A stretch of 64,000 bases of DNA, from positions 21,292 to 85,291 of the forward strand of contig DASZTF010000148.1 in the NCBI GenBank assembly GCA_035548315.1, written 5' to 3'. Source of the stretch: Minisyncoccota bacterium (lineage in GTDB: Bacteria; Patescibacteriota; Minisyncoccia; Phycocordibacterales; Phycocordibacteraceae). Shown here piece after piece: positions 9,801 to 19,605 of this stretch. Both the position numbers and the translations under genes were made by a program. How positions within the stretch are numbered: position 1 is the first letter of the stretch; every line of letters begins with the position of its first letter. The notes under the pieces are model-generated. The model was not told the origin of the DNA, searched no databases, and saw nothing but the letters and a program-made list of their open reading frames with translations.

Positions 9801-9902
9801 ATCAGCACGTGCGACTGCGCTCTGCATGAACGTCGCCATGCACATCAACAGAAGCGCGATGAAGCTACATAGGGAGAATCGTGAGACTGCGAGGCTGCTC
9901 AT
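6864..9902 (-). CDS. Large (1012 aa) cell-surface protein with C-terminal peptidoglycan-binding domain
   Basis: Signal peptide; Fn3-like segments; Gly-rich GGLVGG/GGIAGF repeats (GLUG-like). C-terminus is LGAQGADVTALQQFLIAHGF...GYFGAQTRAALAAYQKARGI (PG_binding_1-like). Confidence 0.7.
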   Translation of the reverse strand: MSSLAVSRFSLCSFIALLLMCMATFMQSAVARADTPNNPPTMDWNDEPTQDSPTASTVSPNVHINDTESDPVSIAVEYSLDGGSTWTNAGHLSGAAFPISGNTITNIPTYGDGVNNRDNVPFYWDFTDDAPQASTTNAELRITVQDAYATGSVIVSDPFTLKAPPAPPVFADDSGAVSDITENSVIVHYDMASVGSSPLHHFELHYADDAYYTAHGDYAQNTPVTYTASFADSGATDVTGLACATTYHFVQSFTNEDGETATSSDATFTTSDCTGGGGGGDYTFASGDGSSENPYVIDSCEDLVGVNSYLTSDYVLDTDLDCSAAGNFIMIGSGDFSGPFTGDFDGAGHTITIDVENEGESANGLFRFTYGATIHDLAISADSLIVGDDLTGSIVGVAADTTLIRVSSGATVVSVNPSGANYPFAGTGGLVGGLYGGEVDGSEFDGTAISPFIVGGIAGFAFNDLDSGPGALISRSSTNAHISGAFGAGGIAGFVDGGARIRNSYSTGITEYNADLPSMEYGAFGGVAGLVVDGLISRSYAAGTVNAGDHSEAYASGGLVGTMESNDGAVLHSFSTAAVTTGGAPIGGFVGYIDSDNPPSQLYDNYFDTVQSGLSDCNAPGDDFGDVCIGVDGSADGYWLGTDGTPIASWNSSVVWDLSGNDAPLPLLRTYEGPEPDESDDFTTPSRSNGESPVETILDVNHYHGGGTAQGWNADDDHWEYDLPFTFTFYGQTYDRVYVDSNGYLAFSDGGNIDEYNVSVADGIGVPVIFAYGNDLLTNENEGDDIYVTDNGDGQVIFRWQATDIENGDSIADFEIVLKNDNTFEINYGPQTAPINDATAVGVNDGAGSYVASAYDGRTDFDELNTSSWSPPSADEVTPTVIPHKGPARVSHRGSSSTLGFSNVFSPPSGVAGLQSKLSELMAQYQALVAQVGTHPTAGALPTRDITLGAQGADVTALQQFLIAHGFTIPAGATGYFGAQTRAALAAYQKARGIAPAAGYYGPLTRASMSTH

Positions 9903-9923
9903 GAAAAAGATCGATTATCTTGT

Positions 9924-9992
9924 TGCGGGGGCCGGAATCGAACCGGCGTCTGGAGGTTATGAGCCTCCCGAGGTACCTCTCCTCTACCCCGC
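9924..9992 (-). tRNA. tRNA-Met/Ile2 type, anticodon CAU
   Basis: Cloverleaf folded by hand: acceptor GCGGGG/CCCCGC, T-loop TTCGATT, anticodon loop CTCATAA. The anticodon stem lacks the 3 consecutive G:C pairs of an initiator tRNA. Confidence 0.75.
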
Positions 9993-10014
9993 TATCTTGC
10001 GCACCAATAGCCGT

Positions 10015-10042
10015 ATTATACCGCTAAATCTGATTTGAGCAA
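10015..10042 (-). promoter_or_regulatory. Promoter for tRNA-Met and the downstream surface-protein gene: -35 TTGCTC, 16 nt, -10 TATAAT
   Basis: Perfect TATAAT about 22 nt upstream of the tRNA 5' end on the minus strand. Confidence 0.45.
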
Positions 10043-10047
10043 AGCTG

Positions 10048-10629
10048 CTAAATAGCGTGGAATTCCTCGAAGACGTTCTTGTATTTGGCGATCGTGCGGT
10101 ACGCAAGCTGGCCCGTAAGCGGGAACTGTGATCCCAGGTGCGCGATGTCGTTACGCACCTTGTGCGCGTCCCACGCATCTTGGAGCGTATGGAATTTACT
10201 CGGGTCTGCCATCTTGAGCTTCTCCCCCACCGACGCACCCTGGTACCCGTGCGTGCCGAGAATGTCATCGAGCATGATGTCTGCCTCGATGATCGCCTGG
10301 CGCCAATCGCTCTCCTGCGCGCTCTCCACGAGCGATGCTACATGCAGCCACCGAGAGTTCTCGACTTCCGTCTCTGCCTCCTGCGCACTGAAGGTCTCGA
10401 AGTAGTGGTGTTCTTCGTGCTTGGTCTGATTGAGCCGAATGGTGGAGTAGGTCATCATGCCGAGAAGGAAAAAGGTCACCAGAATACTCACCGCCGTTAC
10501 CACGCTCCAGAAAGATACGAGGAACGCGCCGAATCCGCTCGAGGATCCGCCTATGGCGAGGTCAAGAATGGCGCCAAAAAAGAGCGCCCCGATATTAGGT
10601 ACGGCGACCGTCGTCGCAGCTGACTGCAT
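10048..10629 (-). CDS. Membrane protein (2-3 N-terminal TM helices) with cytoplasmic helical domain
   Basis: Hydrophobic N-terminus, then a soluble domain (…HKVRNDIAHLG…); unknown family. Confidence 0.45.
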   Translation of the reverse strand: MQSAATTVAVPNIGALFFGAILDLAIGGSSSGFGAFLVSFWSVVTAVSILVTFFLLGMMTYSTIRLNQTKHEEHHYFETFSAQEAETEVENSRWLHVASLVESAQESDWRQAIIEADIMLDDILGTHGYQGASVGEKLKMADPSKFHTLQDAWDAHKVRNDIAHLGSQFPLTGQLAYRTIAKYKNVFEEFHAI

Positions 10630-10636
10630 CCCTCAA

Positions 10637-12058
10637 TTATAGCGTCTCTCCGGTGACGGCGGCGCCGATTTTGAACAGGGTTTCTTCATCTCCCTGAGGA
10701 GTCGTAAAGTGGATCGCCACGGGGAGCTGCTTCCCTTCCCGCTCCACCGTACCCATCGGCACTGAAAGCGCTGGGGTGCCGATGTGATTGGCGGGCACGG
10801 TAAAGACGTCCTCGAGATACATAGCGACGGGGTCGGTCTTCGCGCCCAATTTGAACGCAGGTCCCGGCGTCGTGGGCGTCGCGATCACGTCTACTTTTTC
10901 AAACGCGACATCGAACTCCTCCTTCATGAGTTCTCGTGCGCGCTGCGCTTTGCGGTAGTACGCGTCGATGTACCCCGACGAAAGCACAAAGGTGCCTATC
11001 AGGATGCGCCGCTTCGGCTCGTCACCGAACCCATGGGAACGACTGAGGAGATAGTCATCAAGAAGCGTCTTACCGCGCTCGGCGAGCCCGTAGCGCATGC
11101 CATCGAAGCGTGCGAGGTTCGCCGACGCTTCCGCCGGAAGGATGATGTAGTAAATCGGCACGGCGTATTTGGTCATGGGAAGCGAGACTTCGCACACCTC
11201 GTGCCCGGCTTTCTTCAGGTCCTCGAGGGTCGCGTCAAAGCGCGCGCGGACCTCGGGGTCGACCTCGCCGAGGAGATCGGTGGGTACGCCAATGCGGAGC
11301 GTCTTTTTCTCCGGACGCGGCGGGAAGAAGTCATCCGGATTGGTAGTGGGGTCCATCGGGTCGTGGCCGCGCACAGCTTCGAACATCGCTTTAGTGTCAG
11401 CAACCGATTTATTCATCGAACCAATTTGGTCGAGCGAGGAACCGAGCGCGATGATGCCGTGGCGCGAGATCGCGCCGTACGTGGGCTTGAATCCGATGAC
11501 GCCGCAGTACGCTGCAGGCTGGCGGCACGATCCGGCGGTGTCGGTGCCATACGTGCCCAGTCCGAGATGCGCTGCAGTCGCCGCGGCCGAACCGCCCGAA
11601 GAACCTCCCGGCACGCGCGTGGTGTCGTGCGGGTTCTTCACGGGACCAAACGCCGAGTGCTCGGTCGATGCACCCATTGCGAACTCATCGAGGTTGGTAC
11701 GGCCAAGAAAAAGCGCTCCTGCCTCTTTGAGCTTCGTGATCGCAGTCGCATCGTATGTGGCGACGTGATTCTCCAAAATTTTAGACGCAGCACTCGCAAT
11801 TTTCCCCTCGATCAAAATGTTGTCCTTGATGCCAAGCGGGATGCCGCAGAGCATCGGTGCGTCACCACTATCGATACGCTTTTGTGCAGCATCGATCGCA
11901 GCGTCATCAGCATCGAAGAGTTCGAGGTAGGCATTCAATTCCGGATTCTTCTCCTGCGCCGCTTTCATGCAGGCGTCCCAAAGCTCACGCACGGTGAATT
12001 CTTTTGCGCGCAGACTCTTCGCCGCCTCGGTAATGGTGAGTTCGTTTAGTTTAGTCAT
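10637..12058 (-). CDS. gatA: Glu-tRNA(Gln)/Asp-tRNA(Asn) amidotransferase subunit A
   Basis: Amidase signature GGSSGGSAAA..; full-length 473 aa; 4-nt overlap with gatC. Confidence 0.9.
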   Translation of the reverse strand: MTKLNELTITEAAKSLRAKEFTVRELWDACMKAAQEKNPELNAYLELFDADDAAIDAAQKRIDSGDAPMLCGIPLGIKDNILIEGKIASAASKILENHVATYDATAITKLKEAGALFLGRTNLDEFAMGASTEHSAFGPVKNPHDTTRVPGGSSGGSAAATAAHLGLGTYGTDTAGSCRQPAAYCGVIGFKPTYGAISRHGIIALGSSLDQIGSMNKSVADTKAMFEAVRGHDPMDPTTNPDDFFPPRPEKKTLRIGVPTDLLGEVDPEVRARFDATLEDLKKAGHEVCEVSLPMTKYAVPIYYIILPAEASANLARFDGMRYGLAERGKTLLDDYLLSRSHGFGDEPKRRILIGTFVLSSGYIDAYYRKAQRARELMKEEFDVAFEKVDVIATPTTPGPAFKLGAKTDPVAMYLEDVFTVPANHIGTPALSVPMGTVEREGKQLPVAIHFTTPQGDEETLFKIGAAVTGETL

Positions 12059-12344
12059 GGGAGATGATCTGCTTCACCTTGAGATAGTCGCCCTCTTTCT
12101 CCGGGAACTGGGCGACGAGCTTCTCGGTGTAGAGGCCCTTCTCATGGGGCTCGCCGTCCTCGCGCATGACATTCCGCAGCGCCGGCGGCGCCTTCGCGGC
12201 CTTCACATCTATATTGAGCGACTCGAGCTGTCCCACATAGGCGAGGATGGAGTCGAACTCCTTGGTGAAGCGCTCGAGGTCCGCGTCATCCACCTGGATG
12301 CGCGCGAGCGCCGCGAGCTTCTTCACGTCTTCCGCTGATGCCAT
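12051..12344 (-). CDS. gatC: Amidotransferase subunit C
   Basis: 97 aa; ...LARIQVDDADLERFTKEFDSILAYVGQLESLNID…. Confidence 0.85.
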   Translation of the reverse strand: MASAEDVKKLAALARIQVDDADLERFTKEFDSILAYVGQLESLNIDVKAAKAPPALRNVMREDGEPHEKGLYTEKLVAQFPEKEGDYLKVKQIISHD

Positions 12345-12356
12345 ACGGGCACTCTA

Positions 12357-14387
<2,031 letters not shown>

Positions 14388-14894
14388 CTAGCTGCCGTAC
14401 GAGGCCTTGATACCACGCTCGAGTGCACGCGGGTTCGCCGTATCAGTGCAGGCGACGTTCAGCCCTTCGGCATAGATGGAGGTGTTGTTGCTCGCGTCTT
14501 TATACACGCGCAAGCGCGCACAGCGCGACCCAGTCCCATCCGTGTTCACCGGGAACCAATCGGAGTAATACTCCGTCGCGCCATTGTAGCGGGTCGCTTG
14601 GAACGTCACCGTGTTGGTGCGCTCACACCGTATCGATGTACCGAACGGAATACCACTCTGATACTTAAAGCTGAGATTGCCTTTGTCTCCCTGGAGCGCA
14701 CATTCGAGGGCGGAGTCTGCAGCGTAAAATGCAAACTGCGACTGACTCGCGTCTGAGGCAAGCACGAGGTTTTTATAGGCGAGACTCGAAAGTGCGAAGG
14801 TGATGACCGCAGCAACACTTGAGAGCACGATGGCCACGAGGAGCGCGAATCCTCGCTGTGGCTTCCTGCGGATGATGCGTTTAGAACCAGTCAT
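14388..14894 (-). CDS. Minor (pseudo)pilin-like protein lacking Glu5 (GspK/PilX-like)
   Basis: N-terminal RGFALLVAIVLSSV hydrophobic segment at the 3' end of the pilin array. Confidence 0.5.
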   Translation of the reverse strand: MTGSKRIIRRKPQRGFALLVAIVLSSVAAVITFALSSLAYKNLVLASDASQSQFAFYAADSALECALQGDKGNLSFKYQSGIPFGTSIRCERTNTVTFQATRYNGATEYYSDWFPVNTDGTGSRCARLRVYKDASNNTSIYAEGLNVACTDTANPRALERGIKASYGS

Positions 14895-15447
14895 AGAGGT
14901 TCTCAGTAAGGGTAAGAGTCTGTGTACCGTGATCGACCCACGTCACCTGTACGGTTACCGTCTCGAAACTGCCTTCGCTGCCATTCGACTTTTGCGTGAA
15001 CGTGAATCCGCGGCGGAAAATGGTCTGGGTGTTGCTCCCCGCGGTGAGCGTGTAGAGTCCCTGGCTCGTTACGTAGAGCGGATCGCACTGCCCCACGCTG
15101 CCCCCAGGGCACGCCTTCACCGACGAATCGACCGCAACGGTCGCATCGAGTTCGCAGAGGTTATTGCCGTTACAGGTATTGGTACCAAACCGGTTCGACG
15201 CAGTTCCATCGATGCCCTCGAAAAGATCGCTGCGGCTGTTAAGGTAATTACTCGTGCGAATGAACCGCACGTATTCGAGACCTTCCTGCGCAAGCGCCGA
15301 TGCGATGAGATTATCCTTCGCGAGCCGCGATGCATTCGCAACGCGCTGGATCGCATCGAATGGGGCGAGGATGGCCAGCGTGACCACCGTGATCGCGACC
15401 AGAGTCTCGACGAGGGTGAATGCCCGATGGCGGGGTGCGTATCTCAT
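14881..15447 (-). CDS. Type IV minor pilin (prepilin N-terminal methylation motif)
   Basis: MRYAPRHRA/FTLVETLVAI. Confidence 0.7.
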   Translation of the reverse strand: MRYAPRHRAFTLVETLVAITVVTLAILAPFDAIQRVANASRLAKDNLIASALAQEGLEYVRFIRTSNYLNSRSDLFEGIDGTASNRFGTNTCNGNNLCELDATVAVDSSVKACPGGSVGQCDPLYVTSQGLYTLTAGSNTQTIFRRGFTFTQKSNGSEGSFETVTVQVTWVDHGTQTLTLTENLYDWF

Positions 15448-16031
15448 GAGTGTGGTAGTTGCGGCAGGCGCTGCGTTGCTGTGGTCTCGACCTGAAACGG
15501 CACCTTCGTCTGGGAGCTCCCGGTATTGGGAATGAGGGCGTATCCGTTGATCGCGATCACGACCACCGGCTGATAATTATTACCCGACCCGCGCGAAAAG
15601 AGACGTAGGTTCGAGATTGCGACGGTCGGTGCATCGGTAATCGCACTCGCAGTGGTCACCTCTTCTGCGGGGCACGTGCCCGCGCTGTTCTGGCTCGCCG
15701 AACGGTTGATGACGTTGATCGTGGCATCAAAGGAGTACGCCGCGAGCTGGTACGTCACGATGCAGCCGTCCGCATTGGTGAACGTAATCACATTCGAGGC
15801 GATCTGGTAGTTCGTGCCCGAACGTATTTCACGAGTCATACTATCGATCGAATACGCGACGGAGTTCATGACGCTCGCGGTTGCTTGCGCCTGGCGATTG
15901 TAGGCGATGAATGAGAGGTACGCTGCCGTGGCGATCACCATAACCAGCGCGAAAATGGTCATGGAAACCATGAGTTCGATGAGTGTGTAGCCGCGGGGTG
16001 CACGACGATGAATCGTTAGGTGCTTGGACAT
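15444..16031 (-). CDS. Type IV minor pilin
   Basis: …PRG/YTLIELMVSMTIFALV. Confidence 0.7.
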   Translation of the reverse strand: MSKHLTIHRRAPRGYTLIELMVSMTIFALVMVIATAAYLSFIAYNRQAQATASVMNSVAYSIDSMTREIRSGTNYQIASNVITFTNADGCIVTYQLAAYSFDATINVINRSASQNSAGTCPAEEVTTASAITDAPTVAISNLRLFSRGSGNNYQPVVVIAINGYALIPNTGSSQTKVPFQVETTATQRLPQLPHS

Positions 16032-16711
16032 AGTTTTCCTGGGTCAGCGGTAGTTTGATTACCTGCGAGGATTTCACCATTCGCGGAAACACTCACATAG
16101 CGTGTCTCTTTGTTTTGCGAATAGAGTTCGATGCAGGCGAAAGTATACGTGGTGATCCAGCTCTGGTTCGAATTCTTTGCCGCGATGGTCACCCGGGCAT
16201 TCGGGCGGCTGAAGGTAATGGCGAGCTTTTGGAGATTGCCCGTGGTGCACGAAGTCTGCGGACCGCTCACGCAAAATGCGTGGATCGTAAAGCCGTTATT
16301 GAGCGCATAGGTCTGCACCGTCGTGTCGTTTGACGAGTACTTGTGATCACCCAACTGGCAATCGGGTTTACTATCGCTGTCGCAGTTGTCTGGGTCGGTA
16401 TCTCCGAACATCACGAAGCTCGCGGGCCATCCGGTGTCGAACGCGACACCGTACGGGATGTTGGTGCCCACATTGAGACCGACACCATTAATGATGTTTG
16501 AAATACCATACGATTCCGCTTGACGAATAGTGAGTCCGATGTCGTACGCCATGTTATTAAGCGCTTCGGTGCGATTGAAGCCAGACTGTCCGGCAAGCGC
16601 GATAGCCGTCACAATGATAATGATCGCGAGCACCACGAGCATCTCGATAAGGGTGAACCCGCCCGGGTGGCGCGTTCCTCTTAGAACCCGAAGATGGGAA
16701 ATGGATTCCAT
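16016..16711 (-). CDS. Type IV minor pilin
   Basis: …HPGG/FTLIEMLVVLAIIII. Confidence 0.7.
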   Translation of the reverse strand: MESISHLRVLRGTRHPGGFTLIEMLVVLAIIIIVTAIALAGQSGFNRTEALNNMAYDIGLTIRQAESYGISNIINGVGLNVGTNIPYGVAFDTGWPASFVMFGDTDPDNCDSDSKPDCQLGDHKYSSNDTTVQTYALNNGFTIHAFCVSGPQTSCTTGNLQKLAITFSRPNARVTIAAKNSNQSWITTYTFACIELYSQNKETRYVSVSANGEILAGNQTTADPGKLCPST

Positions 16712-17439
16712 TGGGTAAAGTAGGCGAGCAAGAAACCGAGTGCCAGAAACGGCACGAGCGGCACCTCAATCCCCATTCTATGCCCCTTGGGACGCCCCCA
16801 CAACATGATTATCCCGACACCGGCGCCGATCCAGAAGGAGAAGGCGAGGCCCGCGAGCGCTGCTGAGCCGGTAAGAAGCGCGAGCCCGAAGGCGACCGGC
16901 GTATCGCCGAGCCCCATTGCCCTGCCCCCCGAGACGGCATAGAGCAGGAAGAAAAACAGTGCGATGCCCGCAGCAAGCGCAAGAGTCGTATAGAGCACAG
17001 CGACCGTGGTGAACGACAGACCAAGGTACGCCACGCCAAGAGCGATAAACCATGCTGAGAACGGGACGGGCACTACCATATGCCGGAGGTCATAGAACAC
17101 GATTGCGGTAAGCACCACAAGCGCAATCAAGAACGGCACGAGCGCGAAGGTAAGACCGAGGCGTGCATATGAAAAGACGAACGCGAGCCCGAGCAAAAGT
17201 TCCGCGAGTGCGTAGCTCCCTGGTATGCGCGCACGGCATGTACGGCACTTCCCTCCCGCAAGCACCCATGAAACGACAGGCACGAGGTCGAACATCGTGA
17301 GCACGCGTGCACAGGCGTCGCAACGTGACCGGCCCGAGTGCCACGCTTGTCCGGTGAAGGATCGTTCAGCCACCACGCCTGCAAACGACGCGAGGATGGC
17401 GCCGAGGATAAAAAATGCGACCGGAAGGATATCGATCAC
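16681..17439 (-). CDS. pilD: Prepilin peptidase (A24 family)
   Basis: Multi-TM, CDAC…CRTC zinc motif; likely GTG start at 17439 (MIDILPVAFFILG…). The listed ATG at 17583 would overlap the upstream pilin. Confidence 0.75.
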   Translation of the reverse strand: MIDILPVAFFILGAILASFAGVVAERSFTGQAWHSGRSRCDACARVLTMFDLVPVVSWVLAGGKCRTCRARIPGSYALAELLLGLAFVFSYARLGLTFALVPFLIALVVLTAIVFYDLRHMVVPVPFSAWFIALGVAYLGLSFTTVAVLYTTLALAAGIALFFFLLYAVSGGRAMGLGDTPVAFGLALLTGSAALAGLAFSFWIGAGVGIIMLWGRPKGHRMGIEVPLVPFLALGFLLAYFTQWNPFPIFGF

Positions 17440-17441
17440 GC

Positions 17442-17916
17442 TTATTGGCAAGTGTACCCGCTCGGCTTGCTCGAGAGCTCGACCGGACCGAGCAGTGTGG
17501 TGGTCGCGGTGGCGTCGGCGCAATACCAGTTGCCACTTGAAAGCTGCGCCATAATGACGAATTGCTGCTGTTTGGATCGGCACACTACTCCCCCGCTGCC
17601 ACCCTTTGCGTCCTGGCGCAAATTCGTGATCGCATTCCTGATCGGCGTGTCGACTGGCGACGCCGCGTCATAAAAGACGGTTGTGCTCGTGCCACCAGGA
17701 TCGTCACAGCTCGTATTCCCCGTCGTGAAATTCTGATACTGATTTGCGAGTCCGTAGTAGAGCACGGCCTGAGTCGCGATAGTACCGACCTCGCTTTTTA
17801 CTCCAGTATCATTCCCTCGGCTTTTAGCGCCCGAAAGCGATGAGAGCACGATCGCGGAAAGGAGACCAATGAGGAAGACTGTGACGAGAAGCTCGATGAG
17901 CGTGAATCCGCGCGGT
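17442..17916 (-). CDS. Type IV pilin (major-pilin type)
   Basis: MRPRG/FTLIELLVTVFLIGLL…, two Cys pairs in the C-terminal domain. Confidence 0.8.
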
Positions 17917-17922
17917 CGCATG

Positions 17923-18456
17923 TTAGTTACACACGGTATTACCCGCTTGCGCTTTTGCCTTCCCGCCGCCACCGACGTCGTTATCGTTGAGGCGCTGATA
18001 CGACTGCCCCGGACTCGTGCGCATAGTTGTACCTGCCCAGCCGCTGCTATCGACACAATAGATATTCCCGGTAGGTAACTTCACCGCGATCGCCCACTGG
18101 GCAGGATGGGTCGTAGGAGGCGTCGTACCACAATCGATAAACCCGGTCGCCGTTCCACCTACATCCGCCAAAAGTGCGTTATAGATACCCTGCACATTGA
18201 TGTTATTTGCAGTTGACTGCCACATGACTCCCGGGCCCGTACACACCCCGCCCGAGGTGGCAGCACCGTAGTCGCCGTGCTGCGTGTAGTAGAGCTCCGC
18301 CGCATTCTGCATGCTTTTCATTTCAGCAAATGCCTTGGCGTCGTTGCCCTTCGATTTGGCACTTGAAAGCGCCGCAAGCACGATAGACGACAACAAGCCG
18401 ATAATAGCGATTACTACCAAAAGTTCTATAAGGGTGAACGCGCGAGGAGATCTCAT
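17923..18456 (-). CDS. Type IV pilin (major-pilin type)
   Basis: MRSPRA/FTLIELLVVIAIIGLL… (Ala at -1), C-terminal Cys. Confidence 0.8.
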   Translation of the reverse strand: MRSPRAFTLIELLVVIAIIGLLSSIVLAALSSAKSKGNDAKAFAEMKSMQNAAELYYTQHGDYGAATSGGVCTGPGVMWQSTANNINVQGIYNALLADVGGTATGFIDCGTTPPTTHPAQWAIAVKLPTGNIYCVDSSGWAGTTMRTSPGQSYQRLNDNDVGGGGKAKAQAGNTVCN

Positions 18457-18484
18457 ATATCCAGTGTACCGCATATGAAGCGGC

Positions 18485-18892
18485 CTAGGCACGTTCCTGG
18501 GGATTTTCGCGCGGGCGGAAAATCAAACCGTACACGACGAAACTTGCCCCCGCTATCACTGCCTGGACCATTACTTGCGCAAGAAGATAGTATATGTGGA
18601 GGAAATCGACGAGTATATAGAGCAGCAGTGTGTTGAGCGCGAGTGTCACGAGATTCACCCCGAGAAACGATGCCGCTTGTGTATGCATCCGCGCTCCTGC
18701 CCCACTCTGAAAGACGAACCATTTCTGGAGCGTAAAGTTCACGCATACTCCCGCGATAAACCCGAGCACCGAACCGATGAGATAGGGCACCCCGAGGTGA
18801 CCGTGGAGTACGTAGAGCACCAGGAGCGTCGTGAGCGCAGCTACACCCCCTGAAATCACGAAGCGAAGACCACGTCCAAGAAGACCCGTCAT
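18485..18892 (-). CDS. GtrA-family membrane protein (polysaccharide/lipid-linked sugar translocation)
   Basis: 4 TM helices; …RFVISGGVAALTTLLVLYVL… pattern typical of GtrA. Confidence 0.65.
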   Translation of the reverse strand: MTGLLGRGLRFVISGGVAALTTLLVLYVLHGHLGVPYLIGSVLGFIAGVCVNFTLQKWFVFQSGAGARMHTQAASFLGVNLVTLALNTLLLYILVDFLHIYYLLAQVMVQAVIAGASFVVYGLIFRPRENPQERA

Positions 18893-18921
18893 GGAAGGTG
18901 TGCGTAGTATACTACGCACAC

Positions 18922-19605
18922 ATGTACCGAGGCAGGACGATATCGTTCTATTTCCCCTGCCGCAATGAAGCGAGCCACCTCAAAGACGAGGTCGCTCGAC
19001 TCCCTGCGTTTGTCGATGAAATCATTATCGTGAGCAACCGCTCGACCGATGGTACCGTCGCGGTCGCCCAGACCCTCCCCGTGCGCGTCATCGAAGATAA
19101 TCGAGAGAAAGGCGGGATTGGGTACGGGTACGCCCATATGACCGGACTCGCAAACGCGACCGGTGACATCATCGCCACGGCCGACGCCGACGGCACCTAC
19201 CCTGTCGATCAGCTCGCCGAGATGATTGATGCGCTTATCGATGGCGACGTAGACTTCCTCTCGTGCAATCGCTACCCACTTATGGATCCCAAAAGCACGA
19301 CGCCCCTACTGAAACTCGGTGTATGGATACTCAATACTGAAGTCGCGGTGCTCTACGGTCTTCCCATAAAAGACATTCTTTCGGGTATGTGGCTTGTGAC
19401 GCGGAAGGCGGCAACCTCACTCGCGCTCACCGAAGGCGATTGGAATCTGAGCCCGCAGATTAAGCTCAATGCAGCGCGCAATCCTGCAATCACCTTCCGT
19501 GAGCACCACATCACGCTCGGCCCGCGACGCGGCGAAACGAAGCAGCACTATTTCAAAACTGGATTCTCCCACCTTGTCTGGATTCTGAGAAATCGCTTCT
19601 CCTAG
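18922..19605 (+). CDS. GT2-family glycosyltransferase (polyprenyl-phosphate sugar synthase / GtrB-like)
   Basis: ISFYFPCRNEASHL…DEIIIVSNRSTDGT…ATADADGTYP (DxD region). It is the only + strand gene inside the minus-strand array. Confidence 0.7.
   Translation: MYRGRTISFYFPCRNEASHLKDEVARLPAFVDEIIIVSNRSTDGTVAVAQTLPVRVIEDNREKGGIGYGYAHMTGLANATGDIIATADADGTYPVDQLAEMIDALIDGDVDFLSCNRYPLMDPKSTTPLLKLGVWILNTEVAVLYGLPIKDILSGMWLVTRKAATSLALTEGDWNLSPQIKLNAARNPAITFREHHITLGPRRGETKQHYFKTGFSHLVWILRNRFS

Noticed and set aside
10784-12049. 421-aa + strand ORF antisense to gatA. Similar long antisense ORFs were rejected at 7227-7841, 9150-9872, 12765-13670, 23513-24091, 26492-27670, 34535-35335, 37938-38777, 43492-44091, 43757-44527, 44639-45526 and 58000-58879.
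   Set aside because: These are GC-rich shadow ORFs opposite well-supported conserved genes. Their translations are Arg/Ala/Gly-rich low-complexity with no domain features.
16681-17583. Full-length listed PilD ORF starting at ATG 17583
   Set aside because: The N-terminal 48 residues overlap the upstream pilin gene and are Arg/His-rich non-membrane sequence. A GTG start at 17439 gives a canonical-length prepilin peptidase.
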